DNA of 64,000 nt from Casimicrobiaceae bacterium (GTDB taxonomy: Bacteria; Pseudomonadota; Gammaproteobacteria; Burkholderiales; Casimicrobiaceae), in NCBI GenBank assembly GCA_035515295.1, contig DATJBM010000034.1, positions 5,346 through 69,345 on the forward strand, in the 5' to 3' direction. Of the stretch, positions 20,581 to 31,261 are shown piece after piece. Under the pieces are notes generated by a model. It was not told where the DNA came from. It did not search any database and saw nothing but the letters and a program-made list of their open reading frames with translations. Within the stretch, counting starts at the first letter, position 1. Each line of letters opens with the position of its first letter. The translations under genes were made by a program, and so were the position numbers.

Positions 20581-21204
20581 ATGACGGCCACGGGCAACCT
20601 GTTCCTGGTTGCCGCGCCGTCCGGCGCGGGCAAGACCAGCCTCACGCGGGCGCTGCTCGAGCGGGAACCCGGCATCCGGCTGTCGGTCTCGTATACCACG
20701 CGCCCGCCTCGCCCAGGCGAGACCGACGGCATCGACTACCACTTCGTCACGGCGGAGCGGTTCACGGACCTCAAGAGCGCGGGAGAGTTCCTGGAGCATG
20801 CGCACGTCCATGGCAACTGGTACGCGACCAGCGGCACGTGGCTCAAGTCGGAAGTCGACTCCGGCAGGGACGTGCTGCTCGAGATCGACTGGCAAGGCGC
20901 GGCGCAGGTCCGCCGGCTCGTCCCCGAGTCGGTGCAGGTGTTCGTGCTGCCGCCGTCGCTGGAGAGCTTGCGCGAGCGGCTCACGCGGCGCGCCCAGGAC
21001 GACGCCCGGACCATCGAGCGCCGGCTCGCCGCAGCGCGCGAGGAGATGCGTCATTGCGGTGAATTCGACTATGTTATTATTAATCAGGACTTTGCCACGG
21101 CAGTCGAGGATTTGCTCGCGATCGTGCGGGCGGCACGCCTGCGTGGCCCCCAGCAGCGCGCCCGGCATCGGGCTCTGCTCGAGCACTTGACTTCGGATAA
21201 ATGA
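20581..21204 (+). CDS. gmk: Guanylate kinase
   Basis: LFLVAAPSGAGKTSL (P-loop), SVSYTTRPPRPGETDGIDYHFV, LEIDWQGA. Start trimmed to ATG 20581. Confidence 0.92.
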   Translation: MTATGNLFLVAAPSGAGKTSLTRALLEREPGIRLSVSYTTRPPRPGETDGIDYHFVTAERFTDLKSAGEFLEHAHVHGNWYATSGTWLKSEVDSGRDVLLEIDWQGAAQVRRLVPESVQVFVLPPSLESLRERLTRRAQDDARTIERRLAAAREEMRHCGEFDYVIINQDFATAVEDLLAIVRAARLRGPQQRARHRALLEHLTSDK

Positions 21205-21207
21205 CCC

Positions 21208-21420
21208 ATGGCCCGGATAACAATCGACGACGCGCTTTCCAAGATACCCAACCGCTTCGAGCTGACGCTGGCCGCGACCAACCGCGCCCGCCAGATCAGC
21301 GCGGGATCGCAGCCTCTGCTCGAGCCCGATCGCGACAAGCCGACGGTGATCGCGCTGCGCGAGATCGCCGCCGGCAAGGTCGGCATCGAGCTCCTGCTCA
21401 AGCCGCAGACGCTCAGCTGA
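21208..21420 (+). CDS. rpoZ: RNA polymerase omega subunit
   Basis: [30 protein letters not shown]; 70 aa; located between gmk and spoT. Confidence 0.92.
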   Translation: MARITIDDALSKIPNRFELTLAATNRARQISAGSQPLLEPDRDKPTVIALREIAAGKVGIELLLKPQTLS

Positions 21421-21448
21421 CGCGGACCGCTCGCCATGTGACCCGAGC

Positions 21449-23578
21449 ATGCCGGAAATCGCCGAATTCACCCGACATCTTGGTCACTATCTGCCGCCTC
21501 CGGACGTCGCTCTCGTCGAGCGCGCGTTCGCCTTCTCCGAGCATGCGCACCAGGGCCAGTTCCGCAAGTCGGGCGAGCCCTACATCACGCACCCGCTCGC
21601 GGTAGCGAGCATCCTTTCGCAGTGGCGGCTCGACGCCCAGGGGCTCGCCGCCGCGCTGCTGCACGACGTGATGGAAGACACGAGCGTCACCAAGTCCGAG
21701 ATCGAGCGCTCGTTCGGGAAGCCGGTCGCCGACATGGTCGACGGCGTCTCGAAGCTCGACCAGATCGAGTTCCAGTCGCGGGAAGACCTGCAGGCGGAGA
21801 GCTTCCGCAAGATGCTGCTGGCGATGGCGCAGGACGTTCGGGTCATACTGATCAAGCTCGCCGATCGCCTGCACAACATGCGCACGCTCGACGCCATGGT
21901 TCCCGCCCACCGCGAGCGAATCGCGCGCGAGACGCTCGACATCTATGCCCCGATCGCCAACCGTCTCGGCCTGAACGCGCTCTATCAGGAGCTGCAGGAG
22001 CTCTCCTTCAAGCACCTGCACCCGCTGCGCTACCGGGTCCTGTCCCGGGCGATCAAGGCGGCGCGCGGCAACCGGCGCGAAGTGATGAACCGGATCATGC
22101 AGTCCATTCGCGAGGGGCTCAAGGCCGCCGGCATCGCGGCGACCGTGAGCGGACGCGAGAAGACCGTCTACAGCGTCTACAAGAAGATGCGCGAGAAGCA
22201 CTACACGTTCGCTCAGGTGTTCGACATCTACGGCGTGCGCATCCTGGTCAAGGACACCACTGCCTGCTACGCGGCGCTCGGCGTGCTGCACAGCCTCTAC
22301 AAGCCGATCCCCGGCAAATTCAAGGACTACATCGCGATCCCGAAGGGCAACGGCTACCAGTCGCTGCACACCACGCTGTTCGGCCCCTACGGCACGCCGC
22401 TCGAAGCGCAGCTCCGCACCCACGACATGCATCACGTCGCGGAAGCCGGCGTCGCCGCGCACTGGCTGTACAAGGCGGGCGGCCAGCTCGATCTGGCCGA
22501 GGCCCAGCAGCAGACGCATCGGTGGCTGCAGAGCCTCTTGGAGATCCAGTCGGAGTCGCGCGACTCCAAGGAGTTTCTCGAGCACATCAAGGGGGACCTT
22601 TTCCCCGACGAGATCTACGTCTTCACGCCCAAAGGCAAGATCATGGCGCTGCCGCGAGGGGCCACCGCCGTCGACTTCGCCTACGCGGTGCACACCGACA
22701 TCGGACACCACTGCACCGCCGCGCGCATCAACTACGAGCTGATGCCGCTCAGGACCGAGCTCAGGAGCGGCGACCAGGTGGAGATCATGACCGCGCCGTC
22801 GGCTCGGCCGAATCCGTCGTGGCTCAATTTCGTTGCGACCGGGAAGGCCCGCTCGCGCATCCGCCACTTCCTCAAATCGCTGCAGCAGAAGGAATCGGCC
22901 GCGCTCGGCGAACGCATGCTCGAGCAGGCGCTGTCCTCGCTCAAGGTCTCTCCACGATCGATTACCGGCGAGCGCTGGGACGCGCTGATGCGCGACTACG
23001 GCGCGCGGAGCCGGGTCGAGATCCTGGCCGACATCGGACTCGGCAAGCGCCTGTCGTTCGTGGTCGCGCAGGCGCTCACACGCGCGAGCGCGCGCGTGAC
23101 CGACGATGCCCCCTCCGGACACGCTCGCGCCGACGCCCTGCAGTTGCGCGGCGTCGAGGGTGTCGCGATCCAGTACAGCAAGTGCTGCCGTCCGATCCCG
23201 GGCGACGCGATCGTCGGGCAGTTCCGCCGCGGCCAGGGCCTGCTCGTGCACACCCGCGACTGCCAAACCCTGCGCAAGGGACGCGTCGACACGGACCAGG
23301 TCGTCGACGTGGAATGGGCGCCCGAGGTCGACGGCGTGTTCGAGGCCGGCGTGCGGCTGCTGGTGGACGACCGTCGCGGCCTGCTGGCGCGACTCGCCAC
23401 CGAGATCGCCGACGCGGGAGCGAACATCGAATATCTGTCGATGGAGCGACCGGACGGCGATCGCGTGGTCAACATGTTCTTCAGCGTGCAGGTGCGCGAT
23501 CGGCGCCACCTCGCGCATGTCATGCGCGCCTTGCGCCGCATTCCGGAAGTGCGCCGCATCCACCGGGCGCGGACGTGA
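21449..23578 (+). CDS. spoT: Bifunctional (p)ppGpp synthetase/hydrolase (RelA/SpoT homologue)
   Basis: HD hydrolase (HAHQGQFRKSGEPYITHPL, LLHDVMEDT), synthetase (YSVYKKM..., GYQSLHTT), then TGS and ACT regions; 709 aa. Confidence 0.93.
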   Translation: MPEIAEFTRHLGHYLPPPDVALVERAFAFSEHAHQGQFRKSGEPYITHPLAVASILSQWRLDAQGLAAALLHDVMEDTSVTKSEIERSFGKPVADMVDGVSKLDQIEFQSREDLQAESFRKMLLAMAQDVRVILIKLADRLHNMRTLDAMVPAHRERIARETLDIYAPIANRLGLNALYQELQELSFKHLHPLRYRVLSRAIKAARGNRREVMNRIMQSIREGLKAAGIAATVSGREKTVYSVYKKMREKHYTFAQVFDIYGVRILVKDTTACYAALGVLHSLYKPIPGKFKDYIAIPKGNGYQSLHTTLFGPYGTPLEAQLRTHDMHHVAEAGVAAHWLYKAGGQLDLAEAQQQTHRWLQSLLEIQSESRDSKEFLEHIKGDLFPDEIYVFTPKGKIMALPRGATAVDFAYAVHTDIGHHCTAARINYELMPLRTELRSGDQVEIMTAPSARPNPSWLNFVATGKARSRIRHFLKSLQQKESAALGERMLEQALSSLKVSPRSITGERWDALMRDYGARSRVEILADIGLGKRLSFVVAQALTRASARVTDDAPSGHARADALQLRGVEGVAIQYSKCCRPIPGDAIVGQFRRGQGLLVHTRDCQTLRKGRVDTDQVVDVEWAPEVDGVFEAGVRLLVDDRRGLLARLATEIADAGANIEYLSMERPDGDRVVNMFFSVQVRDRRHLAHVMRALRRIPEVRRIHRART

Positions 23579-23588
23579 CGCACGTCGT

Positions 23589-23657
23589 GCCAACGTAGGC
23601 ACGGAGGTGCGAATTCGTTCGCACCCTCCGGCCAACGTAGGTGCGAATTTATTCGCA
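23589..23657. repeat. Two tandem REP-like palindromic units between convergent spoT and grxD (probable bidirectional terminator)
   Basis: GCCAACGTAGG occurs twice (23589-23599 and 23631-23641). Each copy is followed by a GCGAAT-centred palindrome: GGAGGTGCGAA-TTCG-TTCGCACCCTCC (23603-23629) and TGCGAAT-TT-ATTCGCA (23642-23657). Confidence 0.6.
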
Positions 23658-23693
23658 TGCGGGGTCGGACGGATCCGGCCCTACGACTCTGCG

Positions 23694-24011
23694 CTACGCC
23701 GCCTGCTCGGCGAGCAGCTGCTGCAGCTCTCCCGACTGGTACATCTCGCGCATGATGTCGCAGCCCCCGACGAACTCGCCGTTCACGTACAGCTGCGGGA
23801 TCGTCGGCCAGTTGGCGTAATCCTTCACTCCCTGGCGGATCTCCGGATCGGCGAGCACGTCGACCGAGAAGAACCGGTCGACGCCGCAGGCCTGCAGCAT
23901 CTGCACCGCCGCCGCCGAGAAGCCGCATTGCGGGAACTGCGGCGTGCCCTTCATGTAGAGCACGACCGGGTGGCCGGTCACTTGCTCGCGGATCGTTTCC
24001 TGAACGCTCAT
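23694..24011 (-). CDS. grxD: Monothiol (Grx4-type) glutaredoxin
   Basis: [17 protein letters not shown] active site, [19 protein letters not shown]; 105 aa. Confidence 0.92.
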   Translation of the reverse strand: MSVQETIREQVTGHPVVLYMKGTPQFPQCGFSAAAVQMLQACGVDRFFSVDVLADPEIRQGVKDYANWPTIPQLYVNGEFVGGCDIMREMYQSGELQQLLAEQAA

Positions 24012-24098
24012 CGCGCGCCTTTCGCAAAGTCTCGTTTCAGAAGATGCATTTTAGCGCATCGGCCGGCTCTTTCCGACCGGCCGACCGCGGGTGCACCT

Positions 24099-24713
24099 TC
24101 AGGCGGATACGACGTGCTCGCGGTAAGCGGGCCGTTCGCACAGTTCGCGATACCAGCGCTCGACGCGCGGCAGGCTCGGCCGCTCGATCGGCAGGATGAA
24201 CCAGCGGTGAGGAGCAAAGCCCAGCGCGATGTCGCCCATGGTCAAATCCGGGCCGGCGACGAAGCGACTGCGGCCGAGCTGGACGTCGAGGATGGAAAAG
24301 GCCGAGGCCGCTCGCCGTTTAGCGCTCTCGAGCTCCGCGGGCTCGACCGCATCGGCAGGGGAGCGCAGGAGCGCCCGGAACAGCACGCCCATCGGCGGTC
24401 CGAGTGTGGTTTGCTGCCAGTCCATCCAGCGGTCGGCATCGGCTCGGCGCCGGATATCCGTGGGCCACAGCGAGCCGGAAGCGTGCCTGGCAGCCAGATA
24501 GCGAACGATGGTGTTCGACTCCCACAGCACGAAGCCGTCATCGTCGATGGTCGGCACGAGACCGTTGGGGTTGAGCGCGAGATACTCGGGCGTCTGGTTG
24601 CCGCCGAACGGTCCGCCGACGTCTGAACGCTCGAAGGCGAGCCCGATCTCGCCACAGCACCAGAGGACTTTCTGCACGTTGCTCGAGGTCTTGCGGCCGA
24701 GGATCTTAAGCAC
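24099..24713 (-). CDS. Glutathione S-transferase family protein
   Basis: ILGRKTSSNVQKVLWCC...LNPNGLVPTIDDDGFVLWESNTIVRYLA (thioredoxin-like N domain) plus a helical C domain. Confidence 0.8.
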   Translation of the reverse strand: MLKILGRKTSSNVQKVLWCCGEIGLAFERSDVGGPFGGNQTPEYLALNPNGLVPTIDDDGFVLWESNTIVRYLAARHASGSLWPTDIRRRADADRWMDWQQTTLGPPMGVLFRALLRSPADAVEPAELESAKRRAASAFSILDVQLGRSRFVAGPDLTMGDIALGFAPHRWFILPIERPSLPRVERWYRELCERPAYREHVVSA

Positions 24714-24752
24714 TTTCGTTTCTCCTGTCTGTGTGGTCCGGCGGTCCGGTCT

Positions 24753-25724
24753 TCAGGGGCCGGCCGGGTCGACGATGCGGATCGGCTTCCCATCGAGGAA
24801 GGCCAGTACGTTCTCCACGGTGTGGCGATAGTATTCCGCGTACACTTCGAGCGCGCTGTAGCCCAGATGGGGCGTCAATACCACGTTGTCGGCGCGCGCG
24901 AACGGGTGAGTCGCGGGTAGCGGCTCGCGGTGGAATACGTCGAGCGCGGCGACGATGCGTCCCGATTGGACCGCATGGATCAACGCCGCCTCGTCGACCA
25001 GCGCCGCCCGGGCCGTGTTGACCAGGATCGCACCCGGCTTCATCCGCTCGAGCTCGGCCGCGCCCAGGATCCCCTGCGTGCGCTCGGAGAGCACCAGGTG
25101 CAGGCTCACGACGTCGGCTCGCGCCAGCAGCTCCTCCTTGGTCAGCAGCTCGCATCCTGCGGCGGCCGCGGCTGCAGCCGTGAGATGCTGGCTCCAGGCC
25201 ACGACTCGCATCTCGAGGGCTCGACCGCAGCGCGCCACGCGCGCGCCGATGCGTCCTAATCCGATGACGCCGAGCGTCTTGCCGGCGAGCACCGGTCCGG
25301 CGCGGGTGCCCTCCTGGAAGCGCCCGGCGCGGACCGCGGCGTCCGCCGCGGGAATTGCGCGCGCCGCCGCGAGCATCAGCCCCAGCGCGACCTCGGCGGT
25401 CGAGGCGCCGGAGGGACCGCCGCCGGTATGGCACACCACGACCCCGCGCGCGCGCAGCGCCGCGACGTCGATCAGCGCCGCCCTCGCCCCCGTCATGTTG
25501 AGCATCCGCAAGCTTGGCAGGCGCTGCACCAGCGAGGCCGGGAAAGGCGTTCGCTCCCGGATGGTGCACACGATCTCGACCGGCGCGAGCGCTCGCGCCG
25601 CCGCGTCCTCGTCCGCGAACGGCGCAGAGAAGAACTCCACCCGCGCGCGCGCCGAGACCGGCGCCCAGTCGGCGCTCGCGCGCGCCACGCCCTGCCAGTC
25701 GTCCAGTACGGCGATGCGGGTCAT
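24753..25724 (-). CDS. D-isomer-specific 2-hydroxyacid dehydrogenase family protein
   Basis: GKTLGVIGLGRIGARVA Rossmann motif, ILVNTARAALVD, LTPHLGYS. Confidence 0.8.
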   Translation of the reverse strand: MTRIAVLDDWQGVARASADWAPVSARARVEFFSAPFADEDAAARALAPVEIVCTIRERTPFPASLVQRLPSLRMLNMTGARAALIDVAALRARGVVVCHTGGGPSGASTAEVALGLMLAAARAIPAADAAVRAGRFQEGTRAGPVLAGKTLGVIGLGRIGARVARCGRALEMRVVAWSQHLTAAAAAAAGCELLTKEELLARADVVSLHLVLSERTQGILGAAELERMKPGAILVNTARAALVDEAALIHAVQSGRIVAALDVFHREPLPATHPFARADNVVLTPHLGYSALEVYAEYYRHTVENVLAFLDGKPIRIVDPAGP

Positions 25725-25738
25725 CGCTTGAGAGGCGC

Positions 25739-26626
25739 CTACTCCTTCACCGCGCCGGTGAGTCCCGAGACGTAGTACTCAACGAAGAACGAGTAGAGCA
25801 CCGCCACCGGGATCGACCCGAACAGCGCGCCGGCCATCAGCGGCCCCCAGTGGTAGACATCGCCCTCCACCAGCTCGGTGACCACCGCGATCGGCACGGT
25901 CTTCACCTCCGACGACGAGATGAACGTCAGCGCGTAGATGAACTCGTTCCACGACAGGGTAAACGCGAAGATGCCGGCGGAGATCAGTCCGGGCACCGCC
26001 AGCGGCAGCACGATCCGCAAGAGGATCTGCATCCGGCTCGCGCCGTCGATCAGCGCGCACTCCTCGAGCTCGAGGGGGATCGACTTGAAGTAACCCATGA
26101 GCAGCCAAGTGCAGAAAGGGACCAGGAACGTCGGGTAGGTGAGGATCAGCGCCAGCCGCGTGTCGAACAGCTGCAGCTTGTACACCATGTGGGCGAGCGG
26201 AATGAACAGGATGGACGGCGGCACGAGATATGCCAGGAAAATCGCCAGGCCGACATAGCGCGATCCGCGGAAGCGCAGCCGCTCGATGGCGTACGCGGCG
26301 AGCACGCTGGCGACGATCGACAGCAGCGTGGAAACGACTGCGACCAGCATCGTGTTCCACAGCCAGACCGGATAGTCGGTGTCGAACAGCAGCTTCTTCA
26401 CGTGCGCCAGCGTCGGATGGTGCACCCAGAAAGGATTGCCCTCGCGGGAGAGCAGCTCCTCGTTCGGCTTGAGGGCAGTCATCGCCATCCAGTAGAATGG
26501 GAACAGCAGCACGAACAGGAATACGCCGAGCGGCAGGTAGATCGTGACCACCCGCCGCGGCAGCGACACGAGGTAGCCCATGCCCTGCGTATCGACGAGC
26601 CTGCGCTCGACTTCGGCGGTCGTCAT
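25739..26626 (-). CDS. Carbohydrate-type ABC transporter permease (MalG/UgpE-like)
   Basis: EAA-loop region ECALIDGASRMQILLRIVLPLAVPG. Start trimmed to ATG 26626, which overlaps the upstream permease stop (ATGA). Confidence 0.85.
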   Translation of the reverse strand: MTTAEVERRLVDTQGMGYLVSLPRRVVTIYLPLGVFLFVLLFPFYWMAMTALKPNEELLSREGNPFWVHHPTLAHVKKLLFDTDYPVWLWNTMLVAVVSTLLSIVASVLAAYAIERLRFRGSRYVGLAIFLAYLVPPSILFIPLAHMVYKLQLFDTRLALILTYPTFLVPFCTWLLMGYFKSIPLELEECALIDGASRMQILLRIVLPLAVPGLISAGIFAFTLSWNEFIYALTFISSSEVKTVPIAVVTELVEGDVYHWGPLMAGALFGSIPVAVLYSFFVEYYVSGLTGAVKE

Positions 26627-27579
26627 TTGTCGCCGCTGCCCTGCTGCCATGCCCGGCGTTGCAGCCCGTAGTAGCTGATCAGGATCGCGGCCAGCAGGAA
26701 TGGAACCATCGCGGTCGCGATCGCCGCGCCTTCGCCCAGATTTCCGCCGGGGATGGCGCGCTGGAACGAGAGTGTGGCCATCAGGTGCGTCGCGTTGAGC
26801 GGGCCGCCGCGCGTGAGCACGTAGATGAGCTGAAAGTCGGTGAACGTGAACAGCACCGAGAACGTCATCACCACGGCGATGATTGGAGTCAGTAGCGGCA
26901 GCGTCACGTAGCGGAACTGCTGCCAGTCGGAGGCACCATCGATGCTCGCCGCCTCGTAGTACGAAGGCGAGATCGTCTGCAATCCCGCCAGCAGCGTAAT
27001 GGCGACGAACGGCACGCCGCGCCAGATGTTGGCCGCAATCGTCGAGAAGCGCGCGTTCCACGGATCGCCGAGGAAGTCGATGTACTGGTGGATCAGGCCC
27101 ATGCGCTCGAGCGCCCAGCTGATGATCGAGAACTGGGAGTCGTAGATCCACCAGAACGCGATCGCGGAGAGCGCGGTGGGCACGATGAAAGGCAGCAGTA
27201 CGACCGCACGGATCACCGACTTCCACGGCAGATGCTTGTTCAGGAGCAGCGCCAGCCAGAGGCCCAGCGCGAACTTGATGACGCTCGCGATCGCCGTGTA
27301 GAAGATCGTGTTGAAAAGTGCGAGCCGAGTTACCGAGTCGTTCCACAGGAACTCGAAGTTCTCCAGCCCGATCCACTCGCCCCCGCGGCCGACCTTGGTG
27401 TCCGTGAACCCGAGGTACGTGCCGAGGCCGAGCGGATACGTCAGGAACACGAGCAGCAGTGCGCCCGCCGGCAGCATGAAGAGGACGCCGAGGAGGGTCC
27501 GGTTGTCCAGCGCCCGCGCGAGCGCACCGACGCGCCGGGGCGCGATGCGGGCAGGCAAAGGAGACGCAGGGTGATTCAC
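26623..27579 (-). CDS. Carbohydrate-type ABC transporter permease (MalF/UgpA-like)
   Basis: Six predicted TM segments, EAASIDGASDWQQFRYVTLPLL EAA-loop. Confidence 0.85.
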   Translation of the reverse strand: MNHPASPLPARIAPRRVGALARALDNRTLLGVLFMLPAGALLLVFLTYPLGLGTYLGFTDTKVGRGGEWIGLENFEFLWNDSVTRLALFNTIFYTAIASVIKFALGLWLALLLNKHLPWKSVIRAVVLLPFIVPTALSAIAFWWIYDSQFSIISWALERMGLIHQYIDFLGDPWNARFSTIAANIWRGVPFVAITLLAGLQTISPSYYEAASIDGASDWQQFRYVTLPLLTPIIAVVMTFSVLFTFTDFQLIYVLTRGGPLNATHLMATLSFQRAIPGGNLGEGAAIATAMVPFLLAAILISYYGLQRRAWQQGSGDK

Positions 27580-27701
27580 CGAATCAAGGCAACGCAGTCA
27601 AGCCTGCAACGCGCGCGTTGAGCGGCCCTTCAGCCTCCGCTCCAACGCGCGCAGATATTCCGGCACGCGAGCCCCGCTTGCGCTCGCCCGTGGCCGGAAT
27701 A

Positions 27702-29024
27702 TCAGACCTTGTAATACCGCTCCGCCCGCTTCTGCGCGCGCTCGGCGGCCTCCTGCGGCGACTTCGCACCGGACGCCGCCTCGGCGACCATGTTGACGAC
27801 GATGAAGTCGGCGAGTGCACCGGCCGACGCGTAGCCCATCTTGCCCGCGTAGCCCGACGGCAGCATGTTCTTCATCGAGTCGCGATAGGGCGTGTGCTTC
27901 GGGTCGACGGTCCAGATCGGGTTCTTCTCGTAATGGCGCAGCGCCGGCGTGACGTAGCCGATCGACGCCTCGACCCACGGATCGAGCTGCTCGGGCTCCA
28001 TCATGAAGCGCAGGAACTCCTTCGCCGCCTTCGGGTACTTCGTGTACTTGAAGATCATCTGGTTGAAGAACAGCTGGAACTCCGTCGGCTTGCCGACGGG
28101 CCCGACCGGCATGTTGGCGTGGTAGATGTCGGCCGCCATCTCCTTCATCTTCGGGTCCTGCGAGTTCTTCGCCGCGTAGTAGATCGAGATGCCGTTGTTG
28201 GTGAGGTAGAGCTGCCCGTCGAGGAAGGCCTTGTTGTTGTTGGGGTCGAGCCAGGACAGCGTGCCCGGCACGAACGTCGGGTAGAGCTCCTTGCAATATT
28301 CGAGCGCCTTCAGCGTCTCGGGGCTGTTGATGACGACGTTGTTGCTCTGGTCGACCAGCTTGCCGCCGTGCGCCCAGACGATCCATTGGCACCAGGTATT
28401 GGCGTCGCCGGTCGCGTTGCCGAGCGCCATCCCGGCGGGCGTATTCTTCTCCTTGAGCGCCTTGCACAGCTTCAAAAAGCCGTCGGTGTCCTTCGGGAAG
28501 GTATCGAAGCCGGCCGCGTTCATCGCGCTCTTGCGGTACACCATGCACACGCCGGCCACGCCGAGCGGAACGCCGATCCAGTTCCTGCCGTTGGGCTTCA
28601 AGTAGGGCTCGCAGACCGGGTAGAAGCCGCCGTACTTCGAACCGAGGTAGTTGCACAGATCGGTCACGTCGACGAGCTTCTCCGGATAGAGATTCGCGTC
28701 GTCGTTGGTCGACAGGATGATGTCCGGGCCCGCGCCGGTGTTGGCCGCCACGGCCGCCTTCGGCCGCACGTCCTCCCAGCCTTCCTTGTCGACGCGCACG
28801 TCGATGTGGTACTTGTCCTGGAACTTCTGCACGTTCTTCATGTACTGGTCCCAGTCGCCCTGCACGAACTGGCTCCAGCGCAGCACGCGAAGCTTCGCGC
28901 CCTTCTCCGGCGTGTTGCTCCATTGCGCGTTCGCGTCCTTCACCCAGATGAACGGGCCCACGGCCGCACCGGCAGCCACGCCGGCGGACGCCTTCAGGAA
29001 ATCCCGACGCACGAACTTGCTCAT
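27702..29024 (-). CDS. ABC transporter periplasmic solute-binding protein (family 1) with Tat-type signal
   Basis: Start trimmed to ATG 29024 behind GGAGGAGGAG. N-terminus MSKFVRRDFLKASAGVAAGAAV...ANA (twin-arginine motif), followed by a family-1 SBP-like sequence. Confidence 0.82.
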   Translation of the reverse strand: MSKFVRRDFLKASAGVAAGAAVGPFIWVKDANAQWSNTPEKGAKLRVLRWSQFVQGDWDQYMKNVQKFQDKYHIDVRVDKEGWEDVRPKAAVAANTGAGPDIILSTNDDANLYPEKLVDVTDLCNYLGSKYGGFYPVCEPYLKPNGRNWIGVPLGVAGVCMVYRKSAMNAAGFDTFPKDTDGFLKLCKALKEKNTPAGMALGNATGDANTWCQWIVWAHGGKLVDQSNNVVINSPETLKALEYCKELYPTFVPGTLSWLDPNNNKAFLDGQLYLTNNGISIYYAAKNSQDPKMKEMAADIYHANMPVGPVGKPTEFQLFFNQMIFKYTKYPKAAKEFLRFMMEPEQLDPWVEASIGYVTPALRHYEKNPIWTVDPKHTPYRDSMKNMLPSGYAGKMGYASAGALADFIVVNMVAEAASGAKSPQEAAERAQKRAERYYKV

Positions 29025-29061
29025 CTCCTCCTCCTTTGCTCTTGGCGGGTGTGGAAAACGA

Positions 29062-30135
<1,074 letters not shown>

Positions 30136-30149
30136 AGCCGTTCCTCAAT

Positions 30150-31124
30150 TCACGGGTGAGGCTTGCGCGTGCCGCGCACGACCACGTAGTCGGGACGACC
30201 CGTCGCGAGCCAGGTGACGATGTTGCGCGCCGCCTTGCGCCGCAGATCGACTTCGGACTGCACGCTGAAGAACGCCGCGTGTGGAGTAAGGATCACCTTG
30301 GGATGGCCGAGCAGAGGGTGCCCCGAGGGAACCGGTTCGACGGGCAGCACGTCCAGTCCGGCGCCGCCAAGTATTCCACTATCGAGTGCCGCGAGCAAAT
30401 CGCCGATGTCGACGATGGCGCCGCGGGCCGTGTTGACGAGAAATGAATCGGATCGCATCGTCGCCAGCGCCTTCGCATCGATCATGCCGCGGGTCTCCGC
30501 GGTCAGCGGCGCGTGGATGCTCACCACGTCGCTCGCGGCGAGCAGCCCGTGCAGCTCCCGCTCCCGCTCGACGTAGGCCGGGAAATCGCCGTCGATGAGA
30601 TAGGGATCGAAGGCGGCGATACGCTGAAAGACATTTCGCGACACGTGGGCCATCCGCTTGCCGATCCGTCCCAGGCCGACGATCCCGAGCGTCATCTCGC
30701 TCGCGCGCCGCAGCTTCCCCGACGAAAGGTAGTGCCATCGGCCGGCCTGGATGTCCCTGTGGTAGGCGACCACGTTGCGCACGAGCGCCAGGGCGAGGGC
30801 CAGCGCGTGGGTGGCGACCTCGCCGATGCCGTAATCGGGCGAGTTGGCGACCCACACTCCGTGCCGCTCGCAGGCGGCGGTGTCGACGTTGTCGTAGCCG
30901 GCGCCGATGCGGCTGACGATGCCCAAGGTGGGCACCGCGGCGATCACTTTCTCGCCGACCGGAGCGTACTGCGACAGGATGCCCACGCAGCCGCTCGCCG
31001 CGGCGGCGACTTCCTCCTCGGTGCGGCACTGCGCCGCGAAGAGCTCCACCCCGGCATCTTCGAAGAGCGCGCGCTCGAGGTCGATGTCGGAGTAGTCGTG
31101 GTCGGCGTAGAGGACTCGGGGCAT
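30150..31124 (-). CDS. D-isomer-specific 2-hydroxyacid dehydrogenase (CtBP/PGDH-like), first gene of the ABC operon
   Basis: LGIVGLGRIGKRMA, LVNTARGAIVD, LTPHAAFFS. Start trimmed to ATG 31124 (MPRVLYADHDY...). Confidence 0.8.
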   Translation of the reverse strand: MPRVLYADHDYSDIDLERALFEDAGVELFAAQCRTEEEVAAAASGCVGILSQYAPVGEKVIAAVPTLGIVSRIGAGYDNVDTAACERHGVWVANSPDYGIGEVATHALALALALVRNVVAYHRDIQAGRWHYLSSGKLRRASEMTLGIVGLGRIGKRMAHVSRNVFQRIAAFDPYLIDGDFPAYVERERELHGLLAASDVVSIHAPLTAETRGMIDAKALATMRSDSFLVNTARGAIVDIGDLLAALDSGILGGAGLDVLPVEPVPSGHPLLGHPKVILTPHAAFFSVQSEVDLRRKAARNIVTWLATGRPDYVVVRGTRKPHP

Positions 31125-31261
31125 GGTTTGAGTTGTTCGCTCCGGCTTGACCGCCGCGGAACGGTACGTGGCCGGGGTGGCCCGCGTCAAGCCGATGCGC
31201 CGTGGCTTGGCGGCGGATGCCCGCGACTATAATCGACGGCGGCGAACCCGAGGAGAAGCCC

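Noticed and set aside
31125-31261. Cobalamin or SAM riboswitch ahead of the MetE-like gene
   Set aside because: Only 137 nt are shared with a divergent promoter. A TATAAT at 31228-31233 would leave a leader of about 25 nt, too short for a B12 or SAM element, and no B12-box-like sequence was seen.
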